Origin: an uncultured beta proteobacterium
GTDB lineage: Bacteria; Pseudomonadota; Gammaproteobacteria; Burkholderiales; Burkholderiaceae_F
Reading direction: 5' to 3'
Assembly (NCBI GenBank): GCA_963807155.1
Contig: CAWEAZ010000038.1
Span: forward strand, 36,709-100,708
Length of the DNA: 64,000 nucleotides
In this document: one piece after another, positions 10,950-21,626 of the stretch
How positions within the stretch are numbered: the stretch's first letter is position 1
Layout of the letters: every line of letters begins with the position of its first letter
Program-made: the position numbers and the translations under genes
Notes under the pieces: generated by a model
Databases searched by the model: none
The model's input: only the letters and a program-made list of their open reading frames with translations
What the model was told of the DNA's origin: nothing

Positions 10950-11258
10950 CTAAATGCGAAGCCGTTCGACGATTTCGCCTTTCACGAGATGGCGGTCGAC
11001 GATCTCGTCAATGTCGTGTGTATCGACGTAGGTGTACCAGACACCATCGGGATAGACGACGACGCAAGGACCCTCCTGACAGCGATCCAGGCAGCCCGAC
11101 TTGTTGATTCGAATCTTTCCTTCGCCGTTCAAGTCGAGCTCTTTGATGCGTGCTTTTGCGTGCTTCTGCATTGCGGCCGCGTTATGGTTGGCACAACAGG
11201 CCGAGCCGTCGTCGCGCTCGTTAAGACAGAAGAAAACATGACGCTGGTAATAGCTCAT
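10950..11258 (-). CDS. Thioredoxin-like [2Fe-2S] ferredoxin
   Basis: MSYYQRHVFFCLNERDDGSACC ... GCLDRCQEGPC cysteine pattern. Start at ATG 11258. Confidence 0.75.
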   Translation of the reverse strand: MSYYQRHVFFCLNERDDGSACCANHNAAAMQKHAKARIKELDLNGEGKIRINKSGCLDRCQEGPCVVVYPDGVWYTYVDTHDIDEIVDRHLVKGEIVERLRI

Positions 11259-11265
11259 GCGCAAA

Positions 11266-12437
11266 TTATAAGGACGCCGGTGAACCGCGCCGCGCAGCAG
11301 CGTTCGGCAAGAGTGCAAGGGCGAGGCCGCAGCCCAGCGCATACGGCCACAGCAGTGACAGCCAGTGCGCCAGCGCATTGAAGTTCAGCAACTTGCCTTG
11401 GCGCCACGCGCTGATGGCATCAACGTAGTAAGGATTTTCCGGCACAAGATTGACGGCGACGACGAGCGCGACAAGCGCCAGCATTGCGAAGCGCGCCGAC
11501 CATACGCGCGGTCCGGCGCTCGCAGCCAATAACGAGAGGACGCCGAGCGCCAGCCCACCGTAAGCGCCAGGCGTCAGCCACGCCAACGCGCGCTCCGGAC
11601 CAAACTCCACCGCATTGGCGAGAGTCTTGGACAACAGCGCGGCCACCAGCAGCGCCAGGAGGAGCTTCACTCGCGGCGCATTCGGTCGCATGGTCGAAGT
11701 GAACGCGAGCCCCACCGCAAGAACCGCGGCCGCTACCACGAACGCCTCGGCCAGTATGAATTCGGCCACTTCGAAAGAATCGGCAAACTCGGTCACGGCA
11801 AACACCGCATCGTCGATCGGCAGCATCGCACCCAACGCCATCACCAGCGCGCCTAGCGCGCTGGTGATGTTGCCGTTGCCGAACAACATCGGCTCCGGAT
11901 AGATTTGCGCGGCGGGCCAGGCCGCGATCAGCAGCAGCAACAGCGATGCGTCGCGTTCGAACCAGCGTAGCCGCCAATCGGCCAATCGGCCGCGATCGAT
12001 CACGATTTGAAGCGAAAGGCGCCGCGATCAGCGCTCCCAACGCAGCGCCCGCCGTGTTGGTCAATAGATCGAGGTTGGACGGAATCCGCGTCTGCAGGAA
12101 ACTTTGCGCCGTCTCGATAAAGGCGGCGAGCAATAGCCCGAGCGACTAACGCAATCAACACGGCAGTCAGGCCGCGTTTGGCCGGGTGCAGCGCGAATAC
12201 CAGTAACGCGCCAAACGGTAAGTAGGCGAGTACGTTGACGACGAGATCGAAGTTGGTGACATGCGCCGGAATCGGCGCCGATAAATACGCGAACGGATTC
12301 AAGCCAAGATCACGCCAGCCGCTCCATGGCGCCAACCCCGCATAGAGCAGCAGCAGTGCATACGTCGCACAAGCAGCGCGCGCTAGCGGCGAACTCCGCG
12401 AATGCCAGGGCCTGCCGGTGAAGTGCGAAGGCGTCAT
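11266..12437 (-). pseudogene. VanZ family membrane protein, two frame breaks (near 12130 and near 12000)
   Basis: Three successive minus frames: ORFs 12000-12473, 11420-12133 (FIETAQSFLQTRIPSNLDLLTNTAGAALGA, the VanZ core) and 11266-12003. Confidence 0.6.
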
Positions 12438-12568
12438 CGAGCCATTGTCGGATGCATGTGCGCGCACTGACAACCACGCGTAATGACGAGGGAACCGATG
12501 TTAAATTCGATTGCCGTGTGAAGGGGATCAGATTTGGAGACGATTGTTTGGTTGCGACGCTCAATTTG

Positions 12569-13397
12569 ATGCGGCCTTCGGGTCAAGCCGGGGCAGGGAC
12601 ACTGTCTGCTCCAGCGATTGTTCAGGCACTTTCGTCTGACTGGCTTGGCGGATGCACGGTTGAAGCGGTGGCAGTTACCGTGTCCACCAACCAAGACTTG
12701 GTCACTCGCGCGAGAGCGCTGCAGCCGGCGCGATGTTTACTGCGCGCTGCTGACTTTCAAAGTGGCGGGCGCGGCCGCAAGCAGCGGCAATGGCATGCCG
12801 CGCCCGGAGACGCGTTGTTGTTTAGCGTTGCGATTCCGGTTGCTGGCCCTTCGAAATCGCTGCCGGCGATAACACTTGCGTCCGGCGTTGCGCTGGCCGA
12901 GAGTCTGGCTGCGTGCGGCATCGAAGCGCAGCTCAAGTGGCCGAACGATATTCGGATAGACGGCTGCAAGCTCGGAGGCATTCTGACCGAGCTGGTAGCT
13001 GATCGCGGAGGGCGGCACACGCTCGTGGTCGGTGTGGGTATCAATCTGCATCTGGACGATGCGGCTCGACGCTCGATCGGGCAACCGGCGATCGCGCTCG
13101 ACCAATTGCTTGACGCAGCCGCCCTGCCGTCGCGCGAGCAGTGGATCGGGCTGTTCGCCAGTGCGATCTTCAACGCGGCGGCGCGCTTCATACAGGACGG
13201 GTTCGATCCGTTTCACGCGCGCTTCAATCGGCGGCTCGAGTCACGGGGCGAGCTCGTCGATGTGGTGAGCGATGGCGCCAGGTGTCCCGCCGATCAGTGG
13301 CCGCGTGATCGAGGTTGATCGCTACGGTCGCCTTGTTATCGAAGCTGAAGGGCAACGCCACGCCGTCAGCGTGGGAGATGTGTCGGTGCGGCGATGA
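12569..13397 (+). pseudogene. birA: Biotin--[acetyl-CoA-carboxylase] ligase, frame break near 13275-13285
   Basis: GGRGRKQRQW motif. The C-terminal domain (GRVIEVDRYGRLVIEAEGQRHAVSVGDVSVRR) reads in the +1 frame and ends in TGA 13395-13397, overlapping the coaX ATG. Confidence 0.75.
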
Positions 13398-14218
13398 CGC
13401 TGCTCGTCGACGTCGGCAATTCGGCGATCAAGTGGGCGCGGATGTCGGCGGACGGAGAACTGCGCATGCCGCAAACTCAGCTGCATCGCGGCATGGATGG
13501 CATTGCTGCGCGTCTCGAGCAGCAATGGCGAAACAACGTGACGCGCGGCACGCCGGTAATTGCATGCAATGTTGCCGACACGCAGGTTGTTGCCGCGGTC
13601 GAACAGGCTGCACACATGTTGGAGTTGCAGCCGGTGCGGTGGGTGCGCTCGCAGACCAGCTTCGACGGACCGATTGCGCTCACCAATGGATATTGCAATC
13701 CGGCGCAGCTCGGCGCTGATCGCTGGCATTGCCTGCTGGGAGCATGCTCGACGTCGAACTTGCAAGGCGCGGCGAACTCGCTCGTTGTTGTCAATGCGGG
13801 CACCGCTACGACCGTCGATTGTGTCGATGCGGATGGTGATGATGCAGGGCGACCAAAATTTGTAGGTAAATTCATTGGCGGCGTGATCGCCCCCGGCGTG
13901 CGCCTGATGCTCGAATCCCTCGCGGTTCACACCGCAGGCTTGCCGAGCGCTGACGCTGATTTTTCTGCGAATGTTGCAGACTTTCCCGACAACACCGATG
14001 CAGCCATCGTCACCGGCGTGCTCGATGCACAGGCGGGTCTGGTGTATCGGATCTGGCATCGGTTTGCCGTGCATCTGTACGCTGAACCGCGGCTGATCGT
14101 GACCGGTGGCTATGCCGAGGCGCTGTTGACTCGACTGTCGATGGCGGCGGAGATCGAACATAATCTGGTCTTGCGCGGTCTTGCGCTGCGCGCGCAGTTC
14201 GATGCGAAGGAACCATGA
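13394..14218 (+). CDS. coaX: Type III pantothenate kinase
   Basis: LLVDVGNSAIKWA N-terminal motif, 274 aa, birA-coaX synteny. Confidence 0.9.
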   Translation: MTLLVDVGNSAIKWARMSADGELRMPQTQLHRGMDGIAARLEQQWRNNVTRGTPVIACNVADTQVVAAVEQAAHMLELQPVRWVRSQTSFDGPIALTNGYCNPAQLGADRWHCLLGACSTSNLQGAANSLVVVNAGTATTVDCVDADGDDAGRPKFVGKFIGGVIAPGVRLMLESLAVHTAGLPSADADFSANVADFPDNTDAAIVTGVLDAQAGLVYRIWHRFAVHLYAEPRLIVTGGYAEALLTRLSMAAEIEHNLVLRGLALRAQFDAKEP

Positions 14219-14439
14219 AGCTCGCGTTTCTCATTTTGGTGTTGCTGAATCTTGCGCTGTTCGCGTGGCAGCAAGGCGCATTCGGACGCGTCGGTGAAAG
14301 CGGTCGCGAACCCGAGCGCCTCGCTCGCCAGATCGAAGCGGAGCGGTTCCGCGTACTCAGCGAAAAAGAAGTGCAAAAGCTGCGAGAGCGCGCCAGCCAG
14401 GCCAAAAGTGGCGGCGCAGACTCAGCGATTGGGCAGTAG
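14215..14439 (+). CDS. Small N-terminally anchored protein, possibly a truncated SPOR-type protein
   Basis: ATGA overlap with the coaX stop. The N-terminal TM (MKLAFLILVLLNLALFAW) is followed by a charged helix. There is no room for a C-terminal domain before the next gene. Confidence 0.4.
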   Translation: MKLAFLILVLLNLALFAWQQGAFGRVGESGREPERLARQIEAERFRVLSEKEVQKLRERASQAKSGGADSAIGQ

Positions 14440-14544
14440 TTACCGGCATTCGCCACCTGTCGGGCGGCGCCCCTAGTGAACCCGCGTCGGACTAAACTGC
14501 TGCCGTGAGATTGTTACATGTCGCTGACCTATCTTGGAGAACCT

Positions 14545-15237
14545 ATGAATCCTAGCCTGCAAACTTCTGGCTATCGCGGTTCCGATGCGCTGGTTGTCGA
14601 GCGCAACCGGGTACTACGCAATACCTACTGGCTATTGGCGTTGTCGATGGTTCCCACCGTCTTGGGCGCGTGGATTGGAGTATCGACGGGAATCGTGCGA
14701 TCAATTTCGCCCGGCATCAGCCTGATCGTCTTTCTCGTCGGCGCGTTCGGACTCATGTTCGCCGTTGAGAAAACCAAGAACTCCGCACTTGGCGTTCCGG
14801 TGTTATTGGCGTTCACGTTTTTCATGGGCTTGATGCTGTCGCGCCTGCTCGGGGCCGTGCTCGGGCTGGCGAATGGTGCGAGCTTGATCATGGTGGCATT
14901 TGCCGGAACTGGCGCGGTCTTCTTCGGCATGGCCGCACTGTCATCCGTCATCAAGCGCGACTTGTCGACGATGGGCAAGTGGCTCTTCGTCGGCGCAATC
15001 ATGGTGTTTGTCGGGATGATCGCCAACTTTTTCATACAGTCGAGTGCGCTGATGCTGACGCTGATGGTGCTTGCAATCGGCATCTTTACCGCGTTCATCT
15101 TGTATGACCTGAAGCGCGTGCGCGACGGCGAAGAGACCAACTACATCACGGCCACGCTCGGCGTCTATCTGAGCCTGTACAACGTGTTCCAGAGCTTGCT
15201 TGCACTGCTCGGAATTTTCGGCGGCGACGCCGACTAG
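14545..15237 (+). CDS. Bax inhibitor-1/YccA family membrane protein
   Basis: Seven-TM profile and the family's C-terminal region. GGAGA RBS before ATG 14545. Confidence 0.9.
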   Translation: MNPSLQTSGYRGSDALVVERNRVLRNTYWLLALSMVPTVLGAWIGVSTGIVRSISPGISLIVFLVGAFGLMFAVEKTKNSALGVPVLLAFTFFMGLMLSRLLGAVLGLANGASLIMVAFAGTGAVFFGMAALSSVIKRDLSTMGKWLFVGAIMVFVGMIANFFIQSSALMLTLMVLAIGIFTAFILYDLKRVRDGEETNYITATLGVYLSLYNVFQSLLALLGIFGGDAD

Positions 15238-15250
15238 ACCTGCGCTCGCG

Positions 15251-15685
15251 CTAGCTAACGCGCGACACTTTTTCCGCAATCACTTCGCGCAGCCGATCGA
15301 CCCGCGCGCGGCGCGCCTGCAGCGTTTGATCATTGGGGGTGCGCTGCGGCGCACCCCACACAGGCTGCGGGTAATGTAGATCGTCGGCGAAGCGGGCAAT
15401 GACATGCCAATGCAGATGCGGCGTCATGTTTCCTAAGCTGGCGATGTTCATTTTCAGCGGCTCGAGCACTTCAATTTGCGCGTCTTCGACCGCGAACACT
15501 GTGCGCATCAAGCGCAGCCGCTCGTCATCGCTCAGCTCGGTCATCTCGCGTACATGCTCGTTCCAGATCACGCGCACATAGCCGGGGTAATTGGGCTCAT
15601 CAACCAGCGTGACGCGCAGCCACTCGTTGGCCAGCACAATCGTGCCGCCGTCACTCCTACATAGCTCGCAGTCGGCCAGCTTCAC
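15251..15685 (-). CDS. HIT family hydrolase
   Basis: Histidine triad HLHWHVIARF. Confidence 0.85.
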   Translation of the reverse strand: MKLADCELCRSDGGTIVLANEWLRVTLVDEPNYPGYVRVIWNEHVREMTELSDDERLRLMRTVFAVEDAQIEVLEPLKMNIASLGNMTPHLHWHVIARFADDLHYPQPVWGAPQRTPNDQTLQARRARVDRLREVIAEKVSRVS

Positions 15686-15687
15686 GG

Positions 15688-18600
15688 TTACACCAGCACG
15701 CGTTCGATGCCGCCGTGATTGGCGCGCTCTACATACGCCGGCAGCCAGTCGGCGCCGAGCACATGGCGCGCCATTTCAACAACGATGTAGTCGGCGTCGA
15801 TGTCGGCATCGTGGTTGTAGCGCTTGAGGCCCTGCAAGCAAGACGGGCACGATGTCAGCACCTTCACTTCTCCGTCGAATCCATCAGCGCGCAGTTTGTC
15901 GGCACCAGCGCGGACTTCGCGCTCTTTGCGAAAACGGACTTGCGTCGCCACGTCGGGCCGCGCGATTGCGAACGTCCCGGATTCACCACAACAGCGGTCG
16001 TTGTTCTCAATCGCGACGTTATCGACCGTCTTGACGAGCGCGTTGACAGTTTTCAGCGGCGCCTGCAGCTTCATCGGCGTATGGCACGGGTCGTGATACA
16101 TGTATCGCACTCCGGTGATTCCATCGATGCGGATATCTTTTTCCAGCAGGTATTCGTGGATGTCAATGATGCGGCAGCCTGGGAAAATCTCTTCAAATTT
16201 ATAGCCCTGCAACTGGTCGTAGCAAGTGCCGCAGCTGACGACCACGGTCTTGATGTCCAGATAGTTCAGTGTGTTGGCGACGCGATGGAACAAGACGCGA
16301 TTGTCGGTAATGATCTTCTCGGCCTTGTCGAACTGCCCGGCGCCGCGCTGCGGATAGCCGCAGCACAGATAGCCCGGCGGCAGCACCGTCTGCACACCGG
16401 CGTGCCACAGCATTGCCTGCGTGGCCAACCCGACCTGCGAGAACAGCCGCTCGGAGCCGCAGCCGGGAAAGTAAAAGACGGCTTCGGTTTCGCTGGTCGT
16501 TGTCTTGCGGATCGCGAATGATCGGCACGTAGCGCGAGTCTTCGATATCGAGCAGCGCGCGCGCCGTTTTCTTCGGCAGATTTCCCGGCATCTTCTTGTT
16601 GATGAAGTGAACGACCTGTTCGGTCATCTTCGGTCGGCCACCGGTGGTCGACGGCGGGCGCCGCACCTGCAGCGCCGCCGCCGGCCTGAAAAACTGGTTG
16701 CCGAAGCGCTGCAGCTTGAAGCCCCATTCGATCAGCACCGTGCGAACGACCTTGATCGTTTGCGGATCCTTGGCGTTCAGGAAAAACATCGACGCCCACG
16801 CGCCCGCATTGAACTTTTTCTTGCCCATTCGCCGCAGCAGGTCGCGCATCGCCATGCTGACATCGCCGAAATCGATATCGACCGGGCACGGCGATTCGCA
16901 CTTGTGGCACACGGTGCAGTGATCGGCAACGTCCGAAAATTCGTCCCAGTGCCGGATCGAAATGCCGCGCCGCGTCTGCTCTTCGTACAGGAACGCTTCG
17001 ATCAGCAACGACGTCGCAAGGATCTTGTCGCGCGGTGAATAGAGCAGGTTCGCGCGCGGTACGTGCGTCGTACATACCGGTTTGCACTTGCCGCAGCGCA
17101 GGCAATCCTTGATCGCATCGGCAATGCTCGCGATGTCGCTCTGCTGCATGATCAGCGACTCGTGGCCCATCAAGCCGAAGCTCGGCGTGTACGCGTTCGA
17201 CATGTCGGCGCCGGGCATCAGCTTGCCCTTGTTGAACCGCCCTTCGGGATCGATCGCATTCTTGTAGCGGCGAAAACCCGATGTCTCGTCGTCGGTCAGG
17301 AATTCGAGCTTCGTGATGCCGATGCCGTGCTCTCCGGAAATCACGCCGCCGAGGTCGCGCGCGATCTGCATGATGCGGGCGACCGCAGCGTTCGCTCTTT
17401 GCAGCATCACGTAGTTGTCGGAATTGACGGGAATGTTGGTATGGACATTGCCGTCGCCCGCGTGCATGTGCAGTGCGACGAACACGCGCCCGCGCAACAC
17501 GCGCTTGTGAATCGCATCGGTTTCCGCGAGCATCGGAGCGAAGGCGTCGCCGGAAAAGATGCGATGCAGCGGCGCGCGCACTTCGACTTTCCACGAAGCG
17601 CGGATTGTGTGGTCCTGCAAAACGTCGAACAGGCTGACGGCACCGTTTGCTGACACTGCGGCGTTCGAACTCGCCCATCAGGTGGGTCAGCCCGAGGCGC
17701 GACAGCTCGGAGCGCGCGGCGGCAACCGGCGTGTCGAGATGGTTCAACAGATAGCGCCAGCGCTCACGTGTGTACGCGAGCAGCTCGCGCGCTTCACCCA
17801 ACCGCTCGCCGATAATTTCGTCGCGCGGCAAGCGGTCGAACTCCGCATCCCCGGTTTTGCCAAGCGGAAACGTGCTGTCGAAGTACCGCTCGAGCTCATC
17901 GAGCAGCTCGAGCTTGTTCTCCAGCGAAAGCTCGATGTTGATGCGCTCGATCGAGGCGGTGTACTCGCCCATTTTCGGCAGCGGAATCACGACGTCTTCA
18001 TTCAGCTTGAACGCGTTCGTATGCTTCGAGATTGCCGCGGTCTTCGCGCGATCCAGCCAGAATTTCTTGCGAGACTCCGCGCTGACCGCGACGAATCCTT
18101 CGCCGTGCCTTGCGTTGGCCAGTCGCACCACTTCGGACGAAGCACGCGCGACCGCGGCGTCGTCATCGCCGACGATGTCGCCGAACAGCGCCATCTTCGG
18201 CAGACTGCCGCGCTTGGACTTCGTTGTGTAGCCGACGGCGCGCAAGTAGCGATCGTCGAGATGCTCCAGGCCGGCGAGCAACACGCCGCCCGGACGCTGC
18301 GCAAGATAGTCGGTGATCTCGACGATCGACGGGATCGCTTCATGCGCCTGTCCGAAAAATTCCAGACAAACAGTGCGAACGTGTTGCGGCATTTTGTGCA
18401 CGATCCAGCGCGCTGACGTGATCAGTCCGTCGCAGCCTTCCTTCTGGACGCCCGGGACGCCGCCCAGGAATTTATCGGTGACGTCCTTGCCGAGACCTAC
18501 CTTGCGAAACTGAGCTCCGGTGAGCCGAAGGCGCTCGGTACGCAGCACCTTCGCCTTTTCGGCCGGCTGCGCACCGTCCTTGTAAGTCAGCTCAAAGATC

Positions 18601-19640
18601 GCTTCCGGTGCGTCGTGAATCTTGCCGAGGTTGTGATTGACGCGCTCAACTTCTAGCCAATTGCCCTCGGGATCGACCATGCGCCACCACGCGAGGTTAT
18701 CGACCGCCGTGCCCCAGAGCACCGCCTTTTTTCCACCGGCGTTCATCGCGATGTTGCCGCCGACGCACGATGCATCCGCCGACGTAGGATCGACTGCAAA
18801 TACATAGCCCGCGCGCTCGGCGGCTTCGGCGACCCGCCGGGTCACGACACCGGCACCGGACAGGAGCGTGGGCACAGGCAGACTCACGCCGGGCAGCGCC
18901 ACTGATTCGACTTCGGACAAATTCTCAAGTTTCTCGGTGTTGATCACCGCCGATAATGCAGTCAGCGGAATCACGCCGCCGGTATAACCCGTGGCGCCGC
19001 CGCGCGGGATGATCGTCAGGCCGAGCTCGATGCAGCTACGAACCAGACCGGGAATTTCATCTTCACTGTCGGGGTGCAGCACCACGAACGGGTATTCGAC
19101 CCGCCAGTCGGTCGCGTCCGTCACGTGTGTCACGCGGGCATAGCCGTCAAACCGCACATTGTCGGTACGCGTGTGGCGCGTCAGTACACGGCGCGCTTTC
19201 TTGCGAAGGTCCCACATCGCGCGAAACTCTGATTCGAACGCTTGCACGGCCTTTCGCGCCGCAGTCAGAAGCTGACCGACCTTCACGTCGCGCTCGACGT
19301 CTTCGGGCTCACGCCGCTTCTCGATCTCGCGTAGCCGATGATGCAGCGCTTCGATCAATGCGGCGCGCCGCTTTGGGTTATCGAGCAGATCGTCTTCCAG
19401 GTAAGGATTCCGACGGACAACCCAGACGTCGCCGAGCACCTCGTACAACATGCGCGCCGACCGTCCGGTGCGGCGCTCGCTGCGTAATTCGTCGAGCACG
19501 CGCCACGCTTCGGTCCCGAGCAGCCGCATGACGATCTCGCGATCCGAGAACGATGTGTAGTTGTAGGGAATTTCGCGCAGCCGCGCCGGATGATCGGCAG
19601 CTTGCGTGCGAGTCGATTCAGGAGACAGCGGTGCGTTCAT
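15688..19640 (-). pseudogene. Large FAD-binding / 4Fe-4S / CCG-domain oxidoreductase (GlcD-GlcF-like fusion), two frame breaks near 17655 and 16505
   Basis: The gene reads in three consecutive minus frames. The first holds the N-terminal domain plus the FAD-binding oxidase. The middle frame has [11 protein letters not shown] and [11 protein letters not shown] ferredoxin motifs. The last has PGCGSERLF and CCGESG cysteine-rich motifs. Confidence 0.8.
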
Positions 19641-19744
19641 CGGCTGATCGAACGCGTGTGCATTCGAGAACTCAGTTTACCGGCTGTTGCCCACCGGCTC
19701 AGCGTCCGCCGCACTCCTGTATCGCTCGACGTCGCTGTTACAGC

Positions 19745-20044
19745 TCAGGCGAAGAGCACCATCAATCCAAACACAAGTGGTGTGGCGATGCCTAGCGCGG
19801 CAATTGCACGCCAGCGTTCGCGCCGCACGAGCGAGACCGTCCCCAGGACGAGGCCGGAGGCGATTGCGAGCACCGCGACCGGCAGAACGGTCAGCGTCAG
19901 CAACAACCCCGCATAACCGTTCAGCGCCTTGCCGACATCGCTGTATTCGAGGACCAGCAGCGCAATGATCCCAAGCGCAGACACAGCAACCGACGAGATG
20001 CCGAACAACGGTAATCCCGCCGAGTTAAATGGTGCGGCGGTCAT
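19745..20044 (-). CDS. Small membrane protein
   Basis: About 100 aa with 3 TM segments. ATGA start/stop overlap with the upstream membrane ORF. Confidence 0.45.
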   Translation of the reverse strand: MTAAPFNSAGLPLFGISSVAVSALGIIALLVLEYSDVGKALNGYAGLLLTLTVLPVAVLAIASGLVLGTVSLVRRERWRAIAALGIATPLVFGLMVLFA

Positions 20045-20421
20045 CGTGATTGTTCGGTCGCTGATGGGCCGGTGAACCACGGGTTGCCGCACACGCCGAT
20101 CAGCCAAAACACCGCCGCTGACACCAACCCGATGGCGCCGTAGGGAATGATGTAGGAGACCGAGCCGCGCGCCAGCACCACAGGCGCGATGCCGAACAGG
20201 GCGCCGGCCAGGGCGAATTGCCAAAGCCCACGCCAGCCACGGTGCCGGAACAAAAATAGAGCCGGGACGCCCAAGGCGATCGAGACGAGGTAGGTATACA
20301 TCAGCATGACCGCCGGGATGATCAGCTGTTCACCGACGCCGCTTCGCACAACGATCGCGACCGCAACACAGAGCGGAATGATGGCCGGGGCAAGTAGAAA
20401 AGCTGCAATGATGCGAGGCAT
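20041..20421 (-). CDS. Small membrane protein
   Basis: Start at MPRIIAAFLL (20421), about 4 TM segments. No family recognised. Confidence 0.45.
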   Translation of the reverse strand: MPRIIAAFLLAPAIIPLCVAVAIVVRSGVGEQLIIPAVMLMYTYLVSIALGVPALFLFRHRGWRGLWQFALAGALFGIAPVVLARGSVSYIIPYGAIGLVSAAVFWLIGVCGNPWFTGPSATEQSR

Positions 20422-20559
20422 CGCGCGTATGGTTGTTCGAGAAGCAGAAAGGTGACACGTACCTGCCGAACGAGCAACTTTGATGCGGAAGGTATCGAAA
20501 TGTGTACCGTCAAGTAGCGTGCGGACCACCGTCCTATCGGCGTCACTCTGCGAAGGCGG

Positions 20560-21558
20560 CTAGACGACGAGCGCTTCCTCCTGCATCGCCGCGACCTGCT
20601 CGCGAAGTTCGAGAATGCGATCCTGCCAATAGCGCTGCGTGTTGAACCACGGAAACGCGGCAGGGAATGCGGGGTCGTCCCAGCGGCGCGCGATCCAAGC
20701 CGAGTAGTGCAGCAGCCGCAAGGTTCGCAGTGGCTCGATCAACGCCAGCTCGCGACGATCGAACTCGGCGAAATCTTCATAGCCTTCGAGCAGGTCCGCG
20801 AGCCTCTCGGTCTGTTCGGCACGTCCCGCGCCGAGCAGCATCCAGAAATCCTGCACCGCCGGCCCCATGCGGCTATCGTCAAAGTCGACGAAGTGCGGTC
20901 CGACGTTGTTGATCGAGTCGGTCCACAGCACGTTGCCTTCATGGCAGTCGCCGTGCAGCCGCAGCGAGTGATGTGCGCCGCGGTCGTATTGAGCGGCGAT
21001 CAGGTCGAGCGCCTGCTGCGAGACGCCTTCGTAGACGCTCTTCAGTTCGGGTGGCAGCCAATCGCCGTCGAGAAGATAACGGCGCGGCTCGACGCCGAAG
21101 GTTGCGATATCGAGTGCGGGTCGATCGATGTACGACTTGACGCGTCCGACCGCGTGGATGCGGCCGAGAAAGCGACCGAGCCATTCGCGCACACTTGGGT
21201 CGTCCATATTCGGCGCTCGTCCGCCGGAGCGCGAAAAAATGGCAAAGCGAAAACCTTCGAACGAATGCAGCGTATTGCCGGCAATCGAAAGCGCAGGAAC
21301 CGCCGGTATCTCACGCTCCGCCAATTCAGCGATGAAGCCGTGCTCCTCGAGGATCTGCGCGTCCGACCAGCGACCGGGACGATAGAACTTGGCGACGACG
21401 AAGCTTCCGCCCTCCAGTCCGACTTGAAACACGCGATTCTCGTAGCTGTTCAGCGCCAGCTGGTGGCCATCAGTAACGAGACCCACGCTGTCGATTGCAT
21501 TGAGTACGACATCGGGCGTTAGCCGGCCGTACGGTGTATCGGCATCGGGTTCATCCAT
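20560..21558 (-). CDS. srkA: Stress response kinase A (YihE/RdoA family Ser/Thr kinase)
   Basis: LNSYENRVFQV and HGDCHEGNVLW motifs. Start at MDEPDADTPYG. Confidence 0.85.
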   Translation of the reverse strand: MDEPDADTPYGRLTPDVVLNAIDSVGLVTDGHQLALNSYENRVFQVGLEGGSFVVAKFYRPGRWSDAQILEEHGFIAELAEREIPAVPALSIAGNTLHSFEGFRFAIFSRSGGRAPNMDDPSVREWLGRFLGRIHAVGRVKSYIDRPALDIATFGVEPRRYLLDGDWLPPELKSVYEGVSQQALDLIAAQYDRGAHHSLRLHGDCHEGNVLWTDSINNVGPHFVDFDDSRMGPAVQDFWMLLGAGRAEQTERLADLLEGYEDFAEFDRRELALIEPLRTLRLLHYSAWIARRWDDPAFPAAFPWFNTQRYWQDRILELREQVAAMQEEALVV

Positions 21559-21626
21559 GCCTCCGATGGTACGGGGTCGCTCTGCTGGCAGAATCCGGTC
21601 GGTTCGAACGGGATCGGGAGGCTTCC

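Noticed and set aside
15244-15263. Hairpin TCGCGC-loop-GCGCGA between the convergent Bax-inhibitor and HIT genes
   Set aside because: The GC stem is short, there is no U-tract, and it overlaps the HIT stop. Not supportable as a terminator.
16266-17650. The C-terminal roughly 460 aa of the 1124-aa ORF 16266-19640
   Set aside because: After about 17655 the translation becomes Arg-rich nonsense, while the family sequence continues in the next frame. The long ORF is an artefact of the frame break, not a real extension.
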